Shown here: positions 36,446 through 44,866 of the stretch, in pieces
How positions within the stretch are numbered: the first letter of the stretch is position 1
Layout of the letters: each line of letters begins with the position of its first letter
IMG/VR virus record: IMGVR_UViG_3300046475_000322
Location: 4,643 to 68,642 of that record
Source: a virus
Lineage: Duplodnaviria; Caudoviricetes
Direction: 5' to 3' (one strand)
DNA length: 64,000 nucleotides
The notes under the pieces: generated by a model
What the model was told of the DNA's origin: nothing
The model's database searches: none
The model's input: the letters and a program-made list of their open reading frames with translations, nothing else
Translations under genes and position numbers: made by a program

Positions 36446-36843
36446 CCACGCCGGGCTTTTCCCTCCTTCTCCTGGGTACCGAGAGCCTGCCGGACGATGA
36501 TGTCGATGATCCGTTCCAGCTCGTCATCCTTCAGCGCCTTCGACTGCTCCAGCGCCATGTACGCGTCCTCGCCCAGGACGCGGATGAGGAGCGGTGCGGT
36601 GGCCAGCTCGTGGCCGCCCTCGGAGGCGTGCCGCAGGTACTGGAGCGCGACGCCCTTGGGGATGTGCTTGGGGATCGTGTACTCGGTGTCGCCGATGTAG
36701 AAGAGCGGCACTCGCTCTTCCTCGACGTCGTCGTCGGCGGCGATCCGGATCGGCTCGAAGTCCAGACCGCCGACGACGGCGGGCTTGGCCGCGGCGCGCT
36801 TGCGTGCGGCTGCGGTGCTCTGACGGGTGGTGGTGGATGCCAT
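36442..36843 (-). CDS. Tail assembly chaperone (G)
   Basis: ATG 36843; before tape measure. Confidence 0.8.
   Translation of the reverse strand: MASTTTRQSTAAARKRAAAKPAVVGGLDFEPIRIAADDDVEEERVPLFYIGDTEYTIPKHIPKGVALQYLRHASEGGHELATAPLLIRVLGEDAYMALEQSKALKDDELERIIDIIVRQALGTQEKEGKARRG
36457..36463 (-). other. -1 programmed frameshift slippery site G GGA AAA
   Basis: GAG GGA AAA GCC; -1 frame reads GKSPAWVNRLRDW into 36059-36445. Confidence 0.85.
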
Positions 36844-36869
36844 GGGTGGTGCTCCTCGGATGGGCAGAG

Positions 36870-37382
36870 CTAGTTGGGCTGGCCGACGGGCGGCAGGACG
36901 TTGCGGAGCGAGAGTGAGTACGCGGCGGCAGCGGCCAGCAGATCGGGGTCGTCGTTGAACTGACCGAGCCCGATGTTGCAGCGGCGGCACAGCACGCCTC
37001 GGATGCACTCCCCGCACGTCTTGCTGCCGGGGCAACAGGCGTGGTCGTGGTCGACGTGGAACGCGTCGCCGAGAGTCAGGCGGCAGAGCGCGCACGCTCC
37101 GCCCTGCGTCTCGATCAGAGCTGCTATCTCAGCGCTACTCAGCCCGTACTTGTAGCGCCGGGCTGCCTCGCTGGCCGCAGTCCTGTTGCGGCGCTGCCAC
37201 GCAGTCCCGTGCGCCCGCTTCCGCTCAGGGTTAGCGGATGCGTATCGGGCCGAGTACTCCCGGTCCTTCTCCCGCTTACACGGAATGCACCAGTAGTGCA
37301 GACCGTCAGGAGCGTCCCTCCGGATCGGGAAGCGGCTGACTGGCTTGTCCTCGCGGCAACGCGAACACGTCTTCGTCGTCAC
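36870..37382 (-). CDS. Endonuclease VII-family free-standing homing endonuclease
   Basis: CSRC...CIPC, KYGLS, QGGACALC, HVDHDH, RGVLCRRCNIGLG. Confidence 0.88.
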   Translation of the reverse strand: MTTKTCSRCREDKPVSRFPIRRDAPDGLHYWCIPCKREKDREYSARYASANPERKRAHGTAWQRRNRTAASEAARRYKYGLSSAEIAALIETQGGACALCRLTLGDAFHVDHDHACCPGSKTCGECIRGVLCRRCNIGLGQFNDDPDLLAAAAAYSLSLRNVLPPVGQPN

Positions 37383-37939
37383 GATGTTTGGTCAACGATG
37401 TGGAAGGGGGTGATCACGCTCGACACGTAGTGGCCGGCGAACTTGACCGGGATCAGCGTCTGCTTGTCCTTGGTGTAGGCGAGCTCCACCGAGTCGGTGT
37501 TGAGCATGCGGCGGCCGATGACGCGGCGGGTGTACTGGCTGGGGGCGTAGCCGTCCATGATCACCGCGAAGTACGTCGGCTGGGTGGCGCTGGAGCTGAC
37601 GTTGGGGTCGAAGCTTTTCCAGCCCGCGCCCGACGCCGACGTGCCGCCGTTGAGGGAGATCGACAGGTTCTCCAGCGTCGCCTCGGCCAAGCTCGTCTCG
37701 ATGGTGAAGTCCTGCTTCGTCAGCCTGCTCCCGACGCGGAGGGTGATCTGGTCCACCTCCAGCTCCCCGTAGGTCTGGTCGACAGACAGCTTGACGCCGT
37801 CCTGCGTACCGCCCAGGTCAGTCCACGCGGACGAGGCAGGCGTGGTGTTGACCGCCGTGTCGGCGGGCTCGGTCGCACCGTAGGCGCCCCTGTACAGGGT
37901 CGCCGGGCCCTGAATCAGATTTGTCGTGACCACACTCAT
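37379..37939 (-). CDS. Major tail protein
   Basis: 186 aa; WTDLGGTQDGV, position before chaperones. Confidence 0.85.
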   Translation of the reverse strand: MSVVTTNLIQGPATLYRGAYGATEPADTAVNTTPASSAWTDLGGTQDGVKLSVDQTYGELEVDQITLRVGSRLTKQDFTIETSLAEATLENLSISLNGGTSASGAGWKSFDPNVSSSATQPTYFAVIMDGYAPSQYTRRVIGRRMLNTDSVELAYTKDKQTLIPVKFAGHYVSSVITPFHIVDQTS

Positions 37940-38130
37940 CGGTCAGTCTCCTTGCTTCCGGCCGGGCCGGCGCTCTTCGTGCTGGGGATGGCCGGTGCCG
38001 CGGTCGGGTCCGGCGCGCTCGGTGCGGGTTCGGGGTCGAGGAGGATGCCCTGCCGCTGGAAGTCGAGGAACGTGGCGTCGTCGACCTCGATCTCTCGGTC
38101 GGGCTGCATGGTGGTCCGGACGATGGGCAT
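37936..38130 (-). CDS. Small hypothetical protein (64 aa)
   Basis: ATG 38130 MPIVRTTMQPDREIEV. Confidence 0.65.
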   Translation of the reverse strand: MPIVRTTMQPDREIEVDDATFLDFQRQGILLDPEPAPSAPDPTAAPAIPSTKSAGPAGSKETDR

Positions 38131-38357
38131 CAGGGGTAGTCGCTCCTCACGAGTGGAAAGCGGTGGTGGGCGTACTGCGGCAGGAGTGGCAGCGCGATGG
38201 TCTGCTCGGGCGGGATCGTGCGCGGGCAGTCGACGATGCGGATGTCGCCGGTCAGGAGGAACTCCAGCTCGCCGCGCGAGTCGTGGACGATGACCCTGCC
38301 GTTCCAGGTGAGGAGGTCGCCGCCGAGGCTGGCCTCGCGGATGGCGTAGCGGCTCAT
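38130..38357 (-). CDS. Small hypothetical protein (75 aa)
   Basis: ATG 38357 MSRYAIREASLGG. Confidence 0.65.
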   Translation of the reverse strand: MSRYAIREASLGGDLLTWNGRVIVHDSRGELEFLLTGDIRIVDCPRTIPPEQTIALPLLPQYAHHRFPLVRSDYP

Positions 38358-38821
38358 GACGGGACCTCCGTCCACGCGATGACGAGGCCCGGGATGTCGT
38401 AGCGGGCGTAGGACGAGGCGTCGTCGTTGATGCGCCGCGGGTCGCCGACCGTGTAGGCCGACTTGACCTGCACGCCGGGGTAGCCGCCGGGCAGGGCGAG
38501 CGTCGGCTTCGGGACGTTCGGGTGGTCGAGGCAGGCGGCGACGATCGCCTCCGCCAGGTTCGATGCCTGGTTCCACGGGGGCTTCTGCGAGCCCGGGTTG
38601 GCTGCCCAGCAGGACAGCCCCATGACCGGGGTGCGGAGCGGCACGTACATGTTGGAGGCGCCGCCAGCCACGACGTGCGTGACGAACCCGCCACTAGCCC
38701 AGGACAGCGCACCGTCGACGCCGGGCTTGGGCAGGGTGGTCGCGACACGGTCGCCGACAACCGTGATGAGCCAGGCGGTCGTCACCAGCTCGGGGGTGGC
38801 GCGGAGCGCAGGGGTCGTCAC
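38354..38821 (-). CDS. Tail terminator-like protein
   Basis: GTG 38821; position after gp10-like gene. Confidence 0.7.
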   Translation of the reverse strand: MTTPALRATPELVTTAWLITVVGDRVATTLPKPGVDGALSWASGGFVTHVVAGGASNMYVPLRTPVMGLSCWAANPGSQKPPWNQASNLAEAIVAACLDHPNVPKPTLALPGGYPGVQVKSAYTVGDPRRINDDASSYARYDIPGLVIAWTEVPS

Positions 38822-39189
38822 GGCGTCCTCCGCTGGTACAGAGCCGGCCGCAAGTAGGGGGCGGGCGCGGTGCCCGGGTGGTTGACCTTGGCGACGGGAT
38901 GGTCCGCGCCCGGCCAGTACAGGGCCTTCTTGTTCCGCGGGAGGATCACGTGGGGGGCGGTGCCCATCTCCACGTCGGTGGCGTAGTTGCAGTCCAGCGA
39001 GCCGACGCGCAGCACCTTGTCGTGGCACTCCGCGCGGAGGCTGTCGTGGAGGCGGCCGCTGCGCTTGTGCACGTAGTTCTGTGCGTCGTTGAGGATGGCG
39101 TCGCCGAGGACGCCTTCCATCCAGTCGTTGATCGCCGCGTCGACGTGCGCGCGTGCGCTGGGGTCGATGCGGACGCCGGATCGCGCCAT
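38818..39189 (-). CDS. HK97 gp10-like tail component
   Basis: HKRSGRLHDS, NYATDVEMGT, VNHPGTAPAPYLRPAL. Confidence 0.82.
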   Translation of the reverse strand: MARSGVRIDPSARAHVDAAINDWMEGVLGDAILNDAQNYVHKRSGRLHDSLRAECHDKVLRVGSLDCNYATDVEMGTAPHVILPRNKKALYWPGADHPVAKVNHPGTAPAPYLRPALYQRRTP

Positions 39190-39297
39190 GGCCGCCTCCT
39201 CTCCGAAGGTGGTGTCGTACTCGTGGCCGCCTGGTTTCCCCAGGCATCTGGCCCTGTTCGGTTGTCGCCCTTTTCCTGCTGCCAGGAAAAAGGCAGG

Positions 39298-39627
39298 TCA
39301 GGTGGTGCGCCGCAGATCGAGCCGGAGATCGGCTGCCGCTGCGGGATTCGCCATCGACGACACGGCGTCGACGATGTAGACCGCGCCGGTGCGCTCGTCA
39401 CGCACCCGGTCCTGGTCCTGGATGTCCGTGCCGGCCGTCACTCGGGCGACGGCGTAGCGGACGATGCGGGGGGTGGGGTCGTCGCGGGTGGTCACGCGCC
39501 GGGACTGCTCGGTCAGGCTCGCGGGGATGCCGGTGGCGTGCGGGGTGTCGGTGTCCTGCTCGTCGCCGTAGGCGTCGGTGGTGGTGCCGCGCAGCACGGT
39601 GAGGCGGGTGGTGGCGATGGCTTGCAT
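39298..39627 (-). CDS. Head closure/stopper protein
   Basis: ATG 39627; DAYGDEQD, DRVRD..GAVYIVD. Confidence 0.75.
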   Translation of the reverse strand: MQAIATTRLTVLRGTTTDAYGDEQDTDTPHATGIPASLTEQSRRVTTRDDPTPRIVRYAVARVTAGTDIQDQDRVRDERTGAVYIVDAVSSMANPAAAADLRLDLRRTT

Positions 39628-40073
39628 CACGCACCCCCGGTGTACGGCGCCCACGCCATGTGGTCGTCCGAGCCGTCCGTCAGGGCGTTCCCGAGGACCG
39701 GCCCGGCACCTTCGATGGCGGAGCGGACGTGGACGGTGCGGGATCGCATCCACGACACCCGGCGCAGCGCGCGGGCAGCCATCGGTGCGAGGACCAGGCC
39801 GTCGCCGGTCAGGGTGGTGGAGACCTGGTCTTGCTGGATCTGCGTGGCATCCAGCCGCGTCTCCAGCCCGAACTGGCCCGCCAACCAGGCTGCCTGCCGG
39901 GCGACGGCCTGGCCCAGCCAGTGGAGATCCCGCGCCCGGATCCTCGCCGAGTCGGCGTAGATCCGGTTGGTGAAGATCTCGATATCGGCCTGCGCCTGGG
40001 CAAGCTGCGGCTCGGTCACCGTGACGCCCGTGGCGTTGATGACGTCCTGTGCGCTTGCCCAGGCTGAGGTCAT
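39627..40073 (-). CDS. Head-tail adaptor
   Basis: WASAQDV...AQAQADIE...AVARQAAW; position after capsid. Confidence 0.75.
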   Translation of the reverse strand: MTSAWASAQDVINATGVTVTEPQLAQAQADIEIFTNRIYADSARIRARDLHWLGQAVARQAAWLAGQFGLETRLDATQIQQDQVSTTLTGDGLVLAPMAARALRRVSWMRSRTVHVRSAIEGAGPVLGNALTDGSDDHMAWAPYTGGA

Positions 40074-40074
40074 G

Positions 40075-40440
40075 TCAGCGGCCCTCGATCACGTCGCGCG
40101 GGGTGGTCGTCTCACCCGGGTGGTGGTCGACCGACGCGGGCACCGTCTGCACCGAGTAGGTGAGCGTCAGCGACACCCCGTCCGGCTGGTCCTCGGAGCC
40201 GTCGAACCGCACGTCGCCGCGGGGGTGGAGGCCACGCTGGATCGCCTCGTTGACGACGCCCACCTTGTTCGCGGTGTGCTCGCTATCGGAGCCACCCCAC
40301 TGCCGGGCCAGAACGACGAAGTCCTTGACGAACCGCATGCCGTCGGAGCCGTCAGCGGACCGCTCAGCGACCTCGGCCTCGGGCACACCGGCCTTCGCCG
40401 GGAACTGCCGCGCTGCCGCGGTCTTCTTCGCTGCTGCCAT
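40075..40440 (-). CDS. Hypothetical head-region protein
   Basis: 121 aa directly after capsid gene. Confidence 0.7.
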   Translation of the reverse strand: MAAAKKTAAARQFPAKAGVPEAEVAERSADGSDGMRFVKDFVVLARQWGGSDSEHTANKVGVVNEAIQRGLHPRGDVRFDGSEDQPDGVSLTLTYSVQTVPASVDHHPGETTTPRDVIEGR

Positions 40441-40508
40441 GGCTCACCTCCGACCGGTGGCCCGTACCGCCCAGCCATGGAAGCGGTACGGGGGTCACAG
40501 GGGGCAGG

Positions 40509-41423
40509 TCAGCCGACGAGGATACTGGCGCCGGCCGGGTGGCCGTAGGCGAAGCCGCGGCGGGCACGCATCTTGAGGATCGACTCGTCGGTGAGGGCGG
40601 ACAGTCCGTCGCGGCCGTCGATGAACACGCTCTCGGGGCCTGAGCGGATACCGAGGAGCAGCAGCTCGGGGTTGACGAACGCCATGATCGGACGGCCGCC
40701 CGGGGACGCGGACGCGACCGGGGACGTCTTCGCGCCGAGCGACCAATGGATCGGCACGTTGAAGATGGTGTCCGGGGTTCCGCCGCTGCCTTCGATGAAG
40801 ATCGGCCGGTTCTGGGAGTCGAGGACTCCACGCAGGCTCTTCCGGAACGCCGGGGAGGCGAGGGCGACCATGCTCGTCGGGTCGAAGTAGTCGCCGGTCT
40901 CGACGTTGCCGATCGCGGTGGAGAACTCGCTGTAGGTGGGGGCGCCGGCCGTGGCGGCGGTGGTGATGTTGCTGTCGCCGGTGTAGCTGACGTTGCTGTC
41001 AGTGGTGTGCAGCAGCGAGTACAGCGAGGTGAAGGGGATGGTCGTGCCGTTGCTGGACGCGGTGACGGCGAGGGTCGCGTTGTCGAGGAACTTCGCGTAG
41101 GACTTGCCCCAGCCGAGCATCTTCGCGGAGATGACGTCGGCGACGGAGTCGTCGATGTCCTCTTCGGCGATGCGCGCGGCCTTGCCGATCTTCACGGCGG
41201 ACAGGAGCACCTCGTCGTTGAGGCTGGTGTCCTCGCCGTAGGTGCCGCCCTTGGCGACGACGTCGACGCCCATCCCCGCGGTGCGCGGGACGTGCTTGGT
41301 GTCGGAGCCCATCGGGATGCGCGCGGCGAGGGCTTCTACGACGGAGATCTGGTTGATGGACTGGATGACCGGCGAGGAGGCGTACTCCTCGGGAATCCAC
41401 GCTTCCATGGTGTTGCGAGACAT
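40509..41423 (-). CDS. Major capsid protein (HK97 fold)
   Basis: WIPEEYASSPVI, VPRT, GGTYGE, ARRGFAYGHP. Confidence 0.9.
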   Translation of the reverse strand: MSRNTMEAWIPEEYASSPVIQSINQISVVEALAARIPMGSDTKHVPRTAGMGVDVVAKGGTYGEDTSLNDEVLLSAVKIGKAARIAEEDIDDSVADVISAKMLGWGKSYAKFLDNATLAVTASSNGTTIPFTSLYSLLHTTDSNVSYTGDSNITTAATAGAPTYSEFSTAIGNVETGDYFDPTSMVALASPAFRKSLRGVLDSQNRPIFIEGSGGTPDTIFNVPIHWSLGAKTSPVASASPGGRPIMAFVNPELLLLGIRSGPESVFIDGRDGLSALTDESILKMRARRGFAYGHPAGASILVG

Positions 41424-41551
41424 GGGAGCCCTCCTGCGGGCGGCGTGATGGGGGTGCTGGTCAGCGCGGCCCCATCACGGGCGCCTTCGCAAAAGGCGGT
41501 GACTACTCCATCACGGAGCAATCCACCTGGTGATGAATATACCTGCGGGTG

Positions 41552-42175
41552 TCAACTCTTGCCGAGGATCTTGGCGGCGTGGATCTCCGCCGTCGTCTTC
41601 GGCCTGTCCACCGCCGCCGGCTTCGGAGCGCCCGTCGGACGGGCCTTCGGCTTTGGCGCCGACTGTGGGAGGAGCTCCGGGTACTCGGCCTTGACGCGGT
41701 CCACCTCGGCGACAGCGCCGACGAGTTCGCCGTCGTCGTCGACCGTGATGGCATCCCAGTCGACCAGCCGCATCACGCGTTCCGGACTGGCGAAACCGGC
41801 CTCCGCGAGCGCGGCCCGGACGCCGGACTTCTTCATCGGCTCCCTGAATCGCTTCTCGCCTTCCTCCCGTGCCTCCCGGAGCGCCCTCTCGTGCTCGGTC
41901 TCGCCGGCGCGCGCAGCCTCCTCCAGTTCCTTGTTGCGGAGCCGGTGCACCTTCCCGTCGTCATTGGATTTCTTCAGCGCGGCCTGCGTCCGTCGCCACT
42001 CCGCCTCGCTCGGCGGCTTCCACGCCTCCGGCTCGTCCTTCTTCGCGGGGGCCTTCGGCTTCGGCGTCTCCTCCGGCTCAGCCGCAGGCGCGCCCTCGTC
42101 GCCGACTTCCGGATCTTCGGTGGTGTCGCCCACCTCGACCTCGATCTCCGGCTCGTTGTCTTCTTGGATGCCCAT
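41552..42175 (-). CDS. Capsid scaffolding protein
   Basis: ATG 42175; acidic N-terminus, coiled coil, RVKAEYPELL. Confidence 0.85.
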   Translation of the reverse strand: MGIQEDNEPEIEVEVGDTTEDPEVGDEGAPAAEPEETPKPKAPAKKDEPEAWKPPSEAEWRRTQAALKKSNDDGKVHRLRNKELEEAARAGETEHERALREAREEGEKRFREPMKKSGVRAALAEAGFASPERVMRLVDWDAITVDDDGELVGAVAEVDRVKAEYPELLPQSAPKPKARPTGAPKPAAVDRPKTTAEIHAAKILGKS

Positions 42176-42227
42176 CTGGTGTTCCTCCATCGCGGGGGAT
42201 TGCGGCGGCCCATCGCGGGCGCCGGGT

Positions 42228-43244
42228 CTATGCGGCGGCTGGGAAGCGGCCGGTGCGGGTGGCGGTGCGGGCTGTGGTCTCGACTGCGGGGAGCAGGTCG
42301 TCAACGGTGCGCAGGAGTTCACGGGCGGCGCGCACCCGGGCGGCGGTCGACTCCGACGGGCGGGCCCGGCCGTAGCCGATCGCGCGCTCGGCCTCCCGAC
42401 GCAGCCCCTCCGGGAACGGGATACCGGACGTGGTCCACGCGTGGTTCCAAGGGACGGCCCTGCATCTGCAATGGCTGTGAAGCGGCGGCCCTTCCACCCC
42501 CGGCGCCCCGATGCGACGCTGCCGCGGATCCCAGGACAGGCCCCCGGGGAACGGCTCGTCGGCCTTGACCACACGCCCGGTGTACGCAAGGCAGTTCACG
42601 CACGCGTCCGCTTCGCAGATCCACAGGCGCAGCGGCGCGGTCGCCCGGACGACCGCGTCCAGGCCTTCGTGCACCGCGGTGTTGATGACCCAGGCGATGC
42701 GTGCCCGGATCGCAGGCAGGACCGCGCGGGCGGCGCCGAGCCCGGCCAGCAGGTGCGACCAGCGGGTGACCCGATCCGGATGCAGCAGATGCAGCGCCCG
42801 ATCCCGGCGCTCCACCACCATGTCCCGAATCAGCGCCGCCTCATCCCGCAGCACACGACTGACAGCTGGCATCCGCAGGGCGCTTCGACGCTGGCCGGAC
42901 GCGGCGGTCACGAACGCCGTGCCCTGCTCAACCCCCAACGCCACAGCAGGGGTCAGCCGGTCGGCGAGCGCGGCGGGCGCCCGGTCGGCAACACCGTTGA
43001 GGATCCGCCGTACCCCGGTCTGCGCAGCGGCCAGGATCCGACGCAGCAGGTCGCCGGGCAGGGCCTGACGATTGGGGCCGCCGAACGCGCGAGTCCAGGC
43101 CGCGAGAACGGCGCGGATCAGCTCCTCGAACGCCCGGTCGCTGCTGCCGAGTGCGCGGGTGGAGGCACTCCCCTCCAGGTTGATGACCTCGTCCGTGTGC
43201 TCCCCCTGGACGAGGTCGATGAGGTCGTCGCTGGAGTACGGCAT
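42228..43244 (-). CDS. MuF-like head morphogenesis protein
   Basis: WICEADACVNC...PPLHSHCRC. Confidence 0.8.
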   Translation of the reverse strand: MPYSSDDLIDLVQGEHTDEVINLEGSASTRALGSSDRAFEELIRAVLAAWTRAFGGPNRQALPGDLLRRILAAAQTGVRRILNGVADRAPAALADRLTPAVALGVEQGTAFVTAASGQRRSALRMPAVSRVLRDEAALIRDMVVERRDRALHLLHPDRVTRWSHLLAGLGAARAVLPAIRARIAWVINTAVHEGLDAVVRATAPLRLWICEADACVNCLAYTGRVVKADEPFPGGLSWDPRQRRIGAPGVEGPPLHSHCRCRAVPWNHAWTTSGIPFPEGLRREAERAIGYGRARPSESTAARVRAARELLRTVDDLLPAVETTARTATRTGRFPAAA

Positions 43245-44770
43245 CAGCCTTCCTCCTGCGCCGTCGCGAGGGCTTCGAGGTCGTCGATCGTCCCGGCAAG
43301 CAGCGCGGTCACCTGGTCCTGCGTGATGACGCCGAGCGTTGCAGCGGAGCCGAGCTTCTGCGCACTGTCTGCGAGAGAGGCGAGGACGTCGACACGGCGC
43401 TGGAGTTCGGCGTCGTCCGTACCGGTGAGCCAGGCGTCGACCTGCTCGGACCGGTAGCCGGCCTCGATGAGGGCCTGGCGGCGCGGCACCCCTGCCGTGA
43501 TCTTGGCTTGTACGGTCTGCCAGCCTTCGGCGTCGTCGATGGTCTCCGCGGGTTTCCAGTGCACGGTGACGACGGGGTCGGGGATGCCGAGGCGGCGCAG
43601 CGCGAAGACGAAAGCCTCCCGCAGGGTGGCGCCGTAGGAGAGCTGCCGGTTGTTGACCTTCTTCGTGAAGGGGGCGTCCTGGGCCCGCACCGATTGCCCG
43701 GAGGGCTGCTCGCCGGACGGGTCGAACAGGTGCAGCGGGGTGGTGCAGATGACGGCCATGGCCCGCACGTTGAACGTGATCGGGTCGAGGAACACGCTCG
43801 GCTGCGCCGCGTCGAACTGCCCGACGCTCTTGAAGCCGCGGAGCAGCATCATCTCGCCCGGCCCGGCCTTCAGGCTGCTGTCCGCACCAGAGTCGGAGGG
43901 GCCGGCGCCGGACTCATCGGGCGGCCAGTCGCCGTCGGCGAAGTCGCCCGGCTCCAGATCTGAGGTGTCCGTGGTCGCCGTCTCGGTGAGCGCGTACCGC
44001 TGCGGGAAGCCCTGGTAGTCGACCGTACCCATGTGGGTCGACTGCAACTTGGTGATCGCGTTCTGTGGGCCGTATGCCCCGTAGTGCTCGGGCGTGCCGT
44101 AGGGCCGGTCGGTGCGGAAGTGGAAGGTGGGCTGCTCTCCCCAGTCGTGCTCGATGGTCCACGACTCGGGGTCGTCCGGGTCGGCGGGCCAGGGCTGCCA
44201 GTCGCCGGGCCGCTCCCCGCGGGAGTCCTTGCTGGTGGTCCAGCGTTCGATGCGGTCGTCGTACTGCAACTCGGCCCGCTGGTATGGGCCGTCGCACCAC
44301 CGCTTGATCGTGAACCGCTTGCGGCGTGGGTTCTCCTCGTCGTAGATCACGCGGACGGTCTGCGGCGAGTTGTAGAACATCTCGACGCGCGCGGTCTTGC
44401 CGTCGGCATCCTCGACCGGGAGGACCATGAGGTAGGCGTCGCCGTACTCGCCGGCCCGGCGGAACAGGTCGGGCATCTCCAGGTCGAGCTGGTTGTCCTG
44501 CCAGATGCGGGAGATGAGGGCGGTCTGCTCCTCGCCGGCGCCGGTGATGCCTGCGATCTCCAGGCGGTCGGTGACGGCGTCGACGGGGGTCTTGGCGAAG
44601 TTGAGGTCGAAGTCGACGTGGCGGGCGGCGAGGGCGCGGTGGATGCGGATGCTGGTGAAGACTTCGGGGACCTTGCCGTCGTAGTAGAGGGCGGCTTGGT
44701 CGTAGGCGGGCCGGGCTTTGGTCAGCTCTCCGACCCCATACATGAGGTCGGGGCGTGCCTCGTCTTCCAA
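43244..44770 (-). CDS. Portal protein (SPP1-like)
   Basis: TTG 44770 with GGAGG RBS; YYDGK, NFAKTPVDAVTDRL, YGDAYL. Confidence 0.88.
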   Translation of the reverse strand: MEDEARPDLMYGVGELTKARPAYDQAALYYDGKVPEVFTSIRIHRALAARHVDFDLNFAKTPVDAVTDRLEIAGITGAGEEQTALISRIWQDNQLDLEMPDLFRRAGEYGDAYLMVLPVEDADGKTARVEMFYNSPQTVRVIYDEENPRRKRFTIKRWCDGPYQRAELQYDDRIERWTTSKDSRGERPGDWQPWPADPDDPESWTIEHDWGEQPTFHFRTDRPYGTPEHYGAYGPQNAITKLQSTHMGTVDYQGFPQRYALTETATTDTSDLEPGDFADGDWPPDESGAGPSDSGADSSLKAGPGEMMLLRGFKSVGQFDAAQPSVFLDPITFNVRAMAVICTTPLHLFDPSGEQPSGQSVRAQDAPFTKKVNNRQLSYGATLREAFVFALRRLGIPDPVVTVHWKPAETIDDAEGWQTVQAKITAGVPRRQALIEAGYRSEQVDAWLTGTDDAELQRRVDVLASLADSAQKLGSAATLGVITQDQVTALLAGTIDDLEALATAQEEG

Positions 44771-44788
44771 TGCAACCTCCAGCCTCGA

Positions 44789-44803
44789 CCTTTGAATCGA
44801 AGG
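44789..44803 (-). promoter_or_regulatory. Putative late-promoter motif before portal
   Basis: ccttcgattcaaagg on minus strand. Confidence 0.65.
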
Positions 44804-44866
44804 ATAGACGGTCACGCAAGCCCACGTAACTAGCTCCCGACTGGTGGAGCGTGATGGAAACGAAGG

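Noticed and set aside
40746-43457. 903-aa plus-strand ORF
   Set aside because: Antisense to capsid, scaffold and MuF genes
44771-44815. Longer portal start at 44815
   Set aside because: TTG 44770 has GGAGG at good spacing and leaves the promoter motif upstream
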